From Acidobacteriota bacterium (GTDB lineage: Bacteria; Acidobacteriota; UBA4820; DSQY01): DNA of 64,000 nucleotides. The translations under genes were made by a program, and so were the position numbers. The notes below the pieces were generated by a model. The model had not been told where the DNA came from. It did not search any database and saw only the letters and a list, made by a program, of their open reading frames with translations. Positions 57,297 to 64,000 of this stretch are shown piece by piece. Numbering within the stretch: position 1 is the first letter of the stretch; every line of letters starts with the position of its first letter. The DNA is taken from contig JBMFRA010000001.1 of the NCBI GenBank assembly GCA_049968315.1, positions 62,044 through 126,043 of the forward strand, in the 5' to 3' direction.

Positions 57297-57640
57297 CGCC
57301 GCCGCTCCTCCAGGCGGCCCGCCAGGCGGGCCCCCCGCTCGATCCGCACCTTTTCGCAGCGCAGGCTTCCCTGAAAGTCCGCCCCCGGGAGAAAGACCGC
57401 CCCTCCGGCTTCCACCGCCCCCCGGTAGACGCCAGAAAGGGTGAAGGCCCGTGCCCGCACCTCGCCCTCCACCCTGGCGCCCCGGGCGACGGTGATCTCT
57501 CCCCGGCAGCGGACGGGGCCCTTCAGGCGGCCGTGGACCTCCAGGTCGGCGGCTCCCTCGAACTCGCCTTCGAAGGAAGTCCTCTCGGAGAGGAGGGAAC
57601 GGGGCGGCGGAGGAGGCGGCGATTTCTGGAACCAGCCCAT
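57293..57640 (-). CDS. Bactofilin (polymer-forming cytoskeletal protein)
   Basis: Beta-helix pattern TSFEGEF...LEVHGRLKG...VEGEV...IERGARLAG. Confidence 0.8.
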   Translation of the reverse strand: MGWFQKSPPPPPPRSLLSERTSFEGEFEGAADLEVHGRLKGPVRCRGEITVARGARVEGEVRARAFTLSGVYRGAVEAGGAVFLPGADFQGSLRCEKVRIERGARLAGRLEERRR

Positions 57641-57746
57641 GGTCTTCTCCCTGCACGGGAGGCGGAGTGTACGGGAGTCGCGGGGGCATTTCAAGGGGAA
57701 AGGGAAGGGCCGCGGGAGGGAAGGGTTGCTGCGAAGGAAGCAGCGA

Positions 57747-57777
57747 AAGGAGGGAGGGCCGGAAGCCCTCCCTCCTT
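57747..57777 (-). terminator. Strong hairpin, probable terminator of the tRNA-Gly/repeat transcript
   Basis: Perfect 13-bp stem AAGGAGGGAGGGC/GCCCTCCCTCCTT with a 5-nt loop, just past the last repeat; the T-tract is short. Confidence 0.55.
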
Positions 57778-57784
57778 GCCAGCC

Positions 57785-58303
57785 TGGAGCGGGCGACGGG
57801 TTTCGAACCTACGCGCCGTAGCGTGCTCGCGGGCGTCGGAGTCCGCCCGCTTGCGCGCGCAACGGCGCCTACGGTTCCCGGGGTGGGTCTCTCCCCCACG
57901 CCGGCCTAACGGCGGCCGCTCCCTCTGCGGTCGCGGCCTCGTAACGGCCGGCGGGGGGCTCCCACCCTTCGAAACCCGCAGGATGCCGGCGGTGGGGTTT
58001 TGAGCCTCGTGATGGGAGAGGGAAAAGAAGTTGGAGCGGGCGACGGGTTTCGAACCTACGCGCCGTAGCGTGCTCGCGGGCGTCGGAGTCCGCCCGCTTG
58101 CGCGCGCAACGGCGCCTACGGTTCCCGGGGTGGGTCTCTCCCCCACGCCGGCCTAACGGCGGCCGCTCCCTCTGCGGTCGCGGCCTCGTAACGGCCGGCG
58201 GGGGGCTCCCACCCTTCGAAACCCGCAGGATGCCGGCGGTGGGGTTTTGAGCCTCGTGATGGGAGAGGGAAAAGAAGTTGGAGCGGGCGACGGGTTTCGA
58301 ACC
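57785..58303 (-). repeat. tRNA-linked tandem repeat: 2 x 247 bp, bounded by three copies of the 25-bp tRNA-Gly 3' end
   Basis: 57785-58031 and 58032-58278 read identically; TGGAGCGGGCGACGGGTTTCGAACC starts at 57785, 58032 and 58279. Confidence 0.95.
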
Positions 58304-58354
58304 CGCGACCTCAAGCTTGGGAAGCTCGCGCTCTACCGGCTGAGCTACGCCCGC
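58279..58354 (-). tRNA. tRNA-Gly(CCC)
   Basis: GCGGGCG/CGCCCGC acceptor stem, anticodon loop TTCCCAA, GGTTCGAAACC T-arm, U73 and CCA. Confidence 0.97.
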
Positions 58355-58366
58355 CTCCGAGGGGGG

Positions 58367-58396
58367 AGGATAGCAAAGGGCCAGGTGCGCCGTCAA
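58367..58396 (-). promoter_or_regulatory. Sigma70-type promoter of tRNA-Gly
   Basis: TTGACG-18nt-TATCCT with a TGn extension. Confidence 0.6.
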
Positions 58397-58546
58397 TAGG
58401 AGGCCCTGGTCCCACGTCGTGCCGGCGGCGCAGTCTTGCGGCACCGGTGGAAGGGCCGCCGCGCCGCGGGGGCGTTGCCAGGAAGGGCGGGCCTCTGTAG
58501 AATGGGCCGGCGCCGAGGCCCGAAGGCCTGCGCCGGGGGAGAGACC

Positions 58547-60079
58547 ATGGCGAGACGAGCGGGGGTCCTGTTGGCGGGGTTGGTGGCCCTGGCCCTGCCC
58601 CTTTGGGGACTCGAGGTCAAGGGGCCGGGCGGCTCCTTCCGGCTCCGCGACCGCTCTTCCCAGGGGGTTCGGTGGGTCTGCGCCGACGAGCTGGCCCGCG
58701 CCCTGGGGGGGAGCACCTCCAAAGACCCCGTTTCGGCCTACCCCGTGCTCACGGTGGGAGGGAAGCGCATCCTCGTCTCCACCGCCTCGCCCATGGTGTC
58801 GGTGGAGGGAAGGATCGTTCGGCTCGGCAGGTCCGCCCGGGAGGCCGAAGGCTGCCTCTGGCTCCCCGAGGAGTTTCTGACGGCGGTGCTCCCGCAGGTA
58901 CTGGGAGGGCCCGTTTCGGTGGGAGGGAGCCCCGACACTCCCCAATCCCAGCCCCCTCCGGAGGAAGCGGCGGCGGGGCGGGTCGCGGTGGAGGTCGCCG
59001 TGGGAGCGGACCTGGTGAAGGTGACCCTCGCCGGGCCGGCGGCTTCTCAGGCCCAGGTGGCGCAGAAGGGACGGGAGGTGGAAGTCCGGCTCCCCGCGGG
59101 GGCCTTCTCCGCCCCCGCCCGGGACCTGGGGAAGGGGATCGTGGAGCGGGTGGCTCCCGACCAGGAGGGGCGGCTCCTCCGGATTCGCCTCGGCGAGCGT
59201 TTCGGCGGCATGGAGACGGAGAAGAAGGCCACCCCCCCGGCGGTGACCCTCCTCTTCCGGGGACAGGCCCAGGAGTTGCCCGCCCCCGAGACGCCGGCGG
59301 TTCCGCCTGGAGTACCCGGGGACAATCCAACCCCCCCGCCGGTGGAAGCGGCGGCGGTGGCGCAAGGCTTCCCCGTGAAGACGCCCGCGGTGGACGTGGT
59401 GGTGATCGATCCGGGCCACGGCGGTTCCGACACCGGGGCCCTGGGTCCCAAGGGCGTCGCCGAGAAGGACCTAACCCTGGCGCTGGCCAAGAAGCTGGAG
59501 GTCCTCTTGGAAAAGAGGGGGTTCCGGGTGGTCCTCACCCGCGACGGCGACACCTCCGTGCCCTTGAAACAGCGGGCGGCCCTGGCCAACTTCAACCAGG
59601 CCGACCTCTTCCTCTCGGTCCATATGAACGCCTCCCCCGCGCCCTCCGCCAGGGGGCCGGAGGTGTATTTCATGAGCCAGCAGGCCACGGACCTCTGGTC
59701 CCGGGAGCTGGCGGAAAAGGAGAACGCCTCCGGCGGCGGCGCACCCCCGGGGGGCGGCGGCCTGGACCTTGTCCTCTGGGACCTGGCCCAAACGGCCCAC
59801 CTCCAGGAGAGCGCCTTCCTGGCGGAGTCCATCCAGAACGCCCTCAACGGCCTCATGGGCACCGACCGGCGGGCGGTGCGGCAGGCTCCCTTCGCCGTGT
59901 TGGAGGGGGCCACCATGCCGGCGGTTCTGGTGGAGGTGGCCTTTTTGAGCAACCCCGAGGAGTCCAGGAAGGCCAGCGACCCGGCCTTCCAGGACCGGGT
60001 GGCGGAACGGCTCGCCGATGCCCTGTCCGCCTTCAAGGAGCGTTATGAGAGTCCCGCGGCGGTGTCCGGCGCTCCGTAG
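58547..60079 (+). CDS. N-acetylmuramoyl-L-alanine amidase (Amidase_3)
   Basis: Signal peptide; IDPGHGG, EKDL, SVHMN and PAVLVEVAFLSN motifs. Confidence 0.92.
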   Translation: MARRAGVLLAGLVALALPLWGLEVKGPGGSFRLRDRSSQGVRWVCADELARALGGSTSKDPVSAYPVLTVGGKRILVSTASPMVSVEGRIVRLGRSAREAEGCLWLPEEFLTAVLPQVLGGPVSVGGSPDTPQSQPPPEEAAAGRVAVEVAVGADLVKVTLAGPAASQAQVAQKGREVEVRLPAGAFSAPARDLGKGIVERVAPDQEGRLLRIRLGERFGGMETEKKATPPAVTLLFRGQAQELPAPETPAVPPGVPGDNPTPPPVEAAAVAQGFPVKTPAVDVVVIDPGHGGSDTGALGPKGVAEKDLTLALAKKLEVLLEKRGFRVVLTRDGDTSVPLKQRAALANFNQADLFLSVHMNASPAPSARGPEVYFMSQQATDLWSRELAEKENASGGGAPPGGGGLDLVLWDLAQTAHLQESAFLAESIQNALNGLMGTDRRAVRQAPFAVLEGATMPAVLVEVAFLSNPEESRKASDPAFQDRVAERLADALSAFKERYESPAAVSGAP

Positions 60080-60638
60080 CCTGCCCTCGGCCCTGCTGGG
60101 GCTTCTCCTCCTCGCCTGCGGGCGGGGGGAGCCCTCCCGTGCCCCCGCGGGCGAAGGAAACCCCGGAGGGGCGGCGACGGTGGACCGCACCCTGCTCTAC
60201 CCGGCGGAGGGGGACCTCCTCCTCCACGCCGTTCCCGTCCGGCTGGAGGCCGTGGGGACGGCCGAGGAGGCCATGGCCCTGGTGGCCCGGAGGTACGTGG
60301 AGAACCAGCCGGCCGAGGGGTTCTTCTCTCCCTTCCCCGAAGGGTGCACCGTCCGGGCCCTCTTCCTGCTTCCGGGGGGGCGGCTGGTGGTGGACCTGGC
60401 GGGGCCGGTGACCGCCGGGAGCGGAACCTCGACGGAGGCCCTCCGGGTCTACGGCCTGGTGGACACCCTCGCCGCCAACTTCCCGGAGGTCCGGTCGGTG
60501 CGGATCCTCGTGGAGGGCCACCAGGTGGAGACCCTCCTCGGGCACCTGGACGTGAGCGGCCCCATACCGCCCCAGGCGGAGTACCTGGGGCCCGAGCTTC
60601 GCGCGTCGGGGCTCCTTGCGGAGCGGCGCGGTGGTTGA
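60045..60638 (+). CDS. GerMN-domain lipoprotein
   Basis: Lipobox LLAC; GTSTE...VDTL...VRILVEG...ETLLGHLD; lies between the amidase and murI. Confidence 0.8.
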   Translation: MRVPRRCPALRSLPSALLGLLLLACGRGEPSRAPAGEGNPGGAATVDRTLLYPAEGDLLLHAVPVRLEAVGTAEEAMALVARRYVENQPAEGFFSPFPEGCTVRALFLLPGGRLVVDLAGPVTAGSGTSTEALRVYGLVDTLAANFPEVRSVRILVEGHQVETLLGHLDVSGPIPPQAEYLGPELRASGLLAERRGG

Positions 60639-61425
60639 GGGACCCATCGGCGTCTTCGATTCGGGGGTCGGGGGGCTCACCGTGGTGGCGGAGATCCTGC
60701 GGCAATCCCCCGGCGAGGAGATCCTCTACTTCGGCGACACGGCCAGGGTTCCCTACGGCAACAAATCCCCGGCGACGGTGGTGCGCTATTCCCTGGAGAT
60801 CGGGAGGTTCCTGGAAAAGAAAGGGATCCGCCACCTCGTGGTGGCCTGCAACACCTCCAGCTCCGTGGCCCTCCAGGACCTCGCCCGGGCTCTCTCGGTG
60901 CCGGTCCTCGGCATGATCGAACCGGGTGCCCGGGCGGCGGTGGAGGCCACCCGAAACGGTAAGGTGGGCCTCATCGGAACCCGGGCCACCGTGGCCAGCG
61001 GCGCCTACCCCGCCGCCGTGGCGCGGCTGGACCCCGCCGTGAAGGTCTTCTCCGCCGCGTGCCCCCTCTTCGTCCCCTTGGTGGAGGAGGGCTGGAGCAG
61101 CGACCCGGTGGCCCTCCAGGTCGCCTCCCGCTACCTGGAACCCCTCCTGAGGGAGGGCATCGACACCCTGATCCTGGGCTGCACCCACTACCCCGTCCTG
61201 GTTCCCGTTCTCCGTCGGGTGGCGGGGGAGGGGGTTTGCCTCATCTCCTCCGCCGCCGCCGCCGCCCAGGCGCTGAAGCCCACCCTGGGGCGCGGGGAGG
61301 GCGGCGGAATCACCTGCTTCGTCACCGACCCGGGCACCCATTTCCGGGAGGTGGGGGAGCGCATCCTGGGAAGGGCCATCGGCGAGCTGGTGGCCGTTCC
61401 GGAAGAAAGGTTGAGAGACCCATGA
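60631..61425 (+). CDS. murI: Glutamate racemase
   Basis: [14 protein letters not shown] and LGCTHYP motifs. Confidence 0.96.
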   Translation: MVEGPIGVFDSGVGGLTVVAEILRQSPGEEILYFGDTARVPYGNKSPATVVRYSLEIGRFLEKKGIRHLVVACNTSSSVALQDLARALSVPVLGMIEPGARAAVEATRNGKVGLIGTRATVASGAYPAAVARLDPAVKVFSAACPLFVPLVEEGWSSDPVALQVASRYLEPLLREGIDTLILGCTHYPVLVPVLRRVAGEGVCLISSAAAAAQALKPTLGRGEGGGITCFVTDPGTHFREVGERILGRAIGELVAVPEERLRDP

Positions 61426-62159
61426 GAAACGACGGAAGGAGCCCCTCCGAGCTGAGACCGGTGGTGATCCGGCCGAACTACGTGGACTTTCCCGCCGGCT
61501 CCTGCCTGGTGGAATTCGGCAGGACGCGGGTGGTCTGCACCGCTACGGTGGAGGACCGGGTTCCCCCCTTCCTCAAGGGGACGGGCCAGGGGTGGATCAC
61601 CGCCGAATACGGGATGCTCCCCGGTTCGACCCAGCAGCGGACCCCGCGGGAGGCCTCCAAGGGGCGGCAGTCGGGCCGGACCCAGGAGATCCAGCGCCTC
61701 ATCGGACGGTCGCTGCGCGCCGTCACCGACCTGGGGGCCCTGCCGGACCAGACGGTGTGGATCGACTGCGACGTGATCCAGGCCGACGGAGGGACCCGGA
61801 CGGCGGCCATCACCGGTTCCTTCGTGGCGCTGCTTCTGGCCTTCCACCACATGACCGAGACGCGGCTCATCAAGGCCTTTCCCGTCCGCCGGCTGGTGGC
61901 GGCCATCAGCGTCGGGATCCTCCGGGGGGAGAAGATCCTGGACCTCAACTACGAGGAGGACAGCCTGGCGGAGGTGGACATGAACGTCGTCATGACCGAC
62001 GACGGGAGGTTCATCGAGATCCAGGGGACCGCCGAGCACAACCCCTTTTCCAAGGGCGACCTCGACGCCCTCCTAGCCCTGGCCGCCCAAGGGATCGACC
62101 GCCTCCTGGCCTTCCAGCGGGAGGCCCTCCCCTTCGACCTGCAGAAGTACGGGCTGTAG
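61422..62159 (+). CDS. rph: Ribonuclease PH
   Basis: [24 protein letters not shown] and EIQGTAE motifs. Confidence 0.97.
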   Translation: MRNDGRSPSELRPVVIRPNYVDFPAGSCLVEFGRTRVVCTATVEDRVPPFLKGTGQGWITAEYGMLPGSTQQRTPREASKGRQSGRTQEIQRLIGRSLRAVTDLGALPDQTVWIDCDVIQADGGTRTAAITGSFVALLLAFHHMTETRLIKAFPVRRLVAAISVGILRGEKILDLNYEEDSLAEVDMNVVMTDDGRFIEIQGTAEHNPFSKGDLDALLALAAQGIDRLLAFQREALPFDLQKYGL

Positions 62160-62175
62160 GCCATCCCTGTCCCGC

Positions 62176-62664
62176 TCAGGGAGCGGGGGGCGGGGCGGGG
62201 ACCTCCGGGGGAACGGCGCGGACCTCCCCCACCTGCGGGGGTGGCGGGGGGGCGGCGGCCTTGGGGGCCCGGGGCCGGTCGTCCCGGGTGTCACGGTCGT
62301 AGAAGTTGGAAGTGACCTTCCGGACCTTCTCGCCGGAGGGAAAGGCCGCCAGGTACCCCGTGGCGGAGGTCCCGTAGATCTTCAGGGTGGCCGCCACCCA
62401 GTCGTACCCCTTGAGGGGGCCCGAAAAGACGAAGACGATGGGGCCCAGGCTGGGGAACTCCAGCCGGCCGCGGCCACGGATGTCGAGGCGGGCGGAGGTG
62501 TCCAGCCAGCGGAAGTCTCCGGTGGAGGTATCGATCCAGACCACCGCCCTTCCGTAGTCGCTCTTGAGGAAGAGGTCGTAGGCCGGTTCGGCCTGGGGGG
62601 CGGCGGCCTGGGCCATCCCGAGGGAAAAGACTAGGCAGAGGGCCCGAAGGCTACGGCGCTTCAT
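62176..62664 (-). CDS. Hypothetical secreted protein with a Pro-rich tail
   Basis: Signal peptide ending AQA and a beta-rich body; overlaps the panD end. Confidence 0.65.
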   Translation of the reverse strand: MKRRSLRALCLVFSLGMAQAAAPQAEPAYDLFLKSDYGRAVVWIDTSTGDFRWLDTSARLDIRGRGRLEFPSLGPIVFVFSGPLKGYDWVAATLKIYGTSATGYLAAFPSGEKVRKVTSNFYDRDTRDDRPRAPKAAAPPPPPQVGEVRAVPPEVPAPPPAP

Positions 62665-63043
62665 CGGAGAGGCGGCCGCCCTCGTAGAGGGAAACCTTCC
62701 GGATCCGGTTGGCGCCGTCCACCAGGACCACCCGGGGCTTGAAGGTCCTGGCCTCCCCGGGGTCCATGAGGGCGTAGGCGCAGAGGATCACCACGTCTCC
62801 TTTCTTCACGAGGTGCGCCGCCGCGCCGTTGATCTGGACGACCCCCGAGCCCGGGGGTGCCCAGAGGGTATAGGTGCGGAGCCGGGCCCCGTTGGTGACG
62901 TCGTAGATCTCCACCGCCTCGTGGGGGAGGATGCCCGCCGCCTCCATGAGCGCGGCGTCGAGGGTCACCGACCCCTCGTAGGAGAGGTCGGCGTCGGTGA
63001 CGGTGGCCCTGTGGATCTTGCCCTTGAGCAGCGTCAGCAGCAT
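62651..63043 (-). CDS. panD: Aspartate 1-decarboxylase
   Basis: [12 protein letters not shown] cleavage site and INGAAA motifs. Confidence 0.96.
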   Translation of the reverse strand: MLLTLLKGKIHRATVTDADLSYEGSVTLDAALMEAAGILPHEAVEIYDVTNGARLRTYTLWAPPGSGVVQINGAAAHLVKKGDVVILCAYALMDPGEARTFKPRVVLVDGANRIRKVSLYEGGRLSDEAP

Positions 63044-63046
63044 GGT

Positions 63047-63907
63047 TCACGCTCCTGGGGACGGATTCAGTACGGTGTTGTCGATGAGGCGGGTGGAACC
63101 GAAGAAGGCCGCCAGGGCCAGCAGGGCGGGGGCCTCGACCCGCTCCACGGGGACCAGGCTCTCGGCGTCCACCAGCTCGACGTAGTCGATGGTGGCCAGG
63201 GGGGCTCCCGCCATCTCCCGGCGGACGGTGTCCAGGAGGACCTCCCCCCGGCGCTCCCCGGCGGCGAAGAGGGCCTCGGCGGCCTTCAGCGAGCGGAAAA
63301 GGACCGGGGCCTGCCTCCGCTCCTCGGGGGAGAGGTAGACGTTGCGGCTGGACATGGCCAGGCCGTCTCCTTCCCGCACGATGGGGCAGACGACGATCTC
63401 CACCGGAAGGTTGAGGTCCTTGGTGAAACGGCGGATGACGGCGGCCTGCTGGGCGTCCTTCTGGCCGAAGAGGGCGAGATCGGGCTCGCAGGCGGCGAAG
63501 AGCTTGGTGACCACAGTGGCCACCCCGGAGAAGTGGCCGGGCCTTCGGGCCCCGCAGAGCCCCTCCGTGAGGGGCCCCTCCACCGTGACCCGGGTGGCGA
63601 AGCCCCGGGGGTACATTTCCTCGACTTCGGGAGCGAAGAGGGCGTCCACCCCCTCCGCCTCCAGGAGGGCCGAGTCCCGCGGGAGGTCCCGGGGGTACCG
63701 GTCCAGGTCCTCCCGGGGGCCGAACTGGATGGGGTTCACGAAGATGGAGGCGAGGACGCAGGAAGCCCTCCGCCTGCCCTCGCGAACCAGCGAGAGGTGG
63801 CCCTCGTGCAGGTACCCCATGGTGGGGACCAGGGCCACCCGGTGGCCCTCGGCCTTCCGGGAGCGGCTGAAGCGCCGGATCTCTTCAACGGTCTTCAGGG
63901 TGCGCAT
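63047..63907 (-). CDS. panC: Pantoate--beta-alanine ligase
   Basis: PTMGYLHEGH, FGQKD, GLAMSSRN and RLIDN motifs. Confidence 0.97.
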   Translation of the reverse strand: MRTLKTVEEIRRFSRSRKAEGHRVALVPTMGYLHEGHLSLVREGRRRASCVLASIFVNPIQFGPREDLDRYPRDLPRDSALLEAEGVDALFAPEVEEMYPRGFATRVTVEGPLTEGLCGARRPGHFSGVATVVTKLFAACEPDLALFGQKDAQQAAVIRRFTKDLNLPVEIVVCPIVREGDGLAMSSRNVYLSPEERRQAPVLFRSLKAAEALFAAGERRGEVLLDTVRREMAGAPLATIDYVELVDAESLVPVERVEAPALLALAAFFGSTRLIDNTVLNPSPGA

Positions 63908-64000
63908 GGCGGTGCTCGTACCCGAAGTGCTCCAGGAGCTCCTCGGGAAGGTGAAAGGCCTCGGCCTCGGTGGGGAAGGCCCCCGTTCGCACGTCCTCGG
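63885..64000 (-). CDS. panB: Ketopantoate hydroxymethyltransferase, C-terminal fragment
   Basis: Manual translation EDVRTGAFPTEAEAF resembles the PanB C-terminus; lies directly upstream of panC. Confidence 0.7.
   Translation of the reverse strand, partial: EDVRTGAFPTEAEAFHLPEELLEHFGYEHRHAHPEDR

Noticed and set aside
57691-58146. ORFs inside the tRNA-linked repeat
   Set aside because: They are low-complexity translations of palindromic GC-rich DNA with no RBS or motifs.
57785-58303. CRISPR-like array (25-bp repeat x3)
   Set aside because: The intervening 222-bp segments are identical and too long, the repeat is the tRNA 3' end, and there are no cas genes.

Overview
A very GC-rich, gene-dense bacterial chromosome segment from a diderm with an anaerobe-like gene set. 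An Acidobacteriota or Deltaproteobacteria-like lineage is my inference, not established. Most genes are housekeeping: dapF, pgsA, tatA/C, recN, tolB, mpl, recG, lnt, cysK, ruvAC, yebC, pfk, ihfB, rpsA, hfq, miaA, lepB, tsaD, mtnA, ccmEF, an amidase, murI, rph and panBCD. There are three tRNAs (Arg-CCT, Lys-CTT, Gly-CCC). I recognised no integrase, transposase or CRISPR array. Five things stand out. (1) A compact candidate cAMP circuit: a CRP-type regulator and a near-consensus CRP box sit ahead of genes for an LPP20-like protein, a CHASE2 adenylate cyclase, an FlgT-N protein and a CsgG/FlgT-C protein, with no flagellar or curli genes nearby. (2) Two identical, highly structured 247-bp units lie downstream of tRNA-Gly, each ending in the last 25 nt of the tRNA. 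(3) An unassigned, extensively paired non-coding segment of about 260 nt lies between lnt and cysK. (4) A pduS-pduT microcompartment pair occurs without a BMC locus. (5) Three tandem zinc-ribbon paralogues follow mpl. Two genes carry a one-base frameshift in a homopolymer, which may be sequencing error. All product calls come from motif recognition by eye; no database searches were run, and start codons were chosen by hand.
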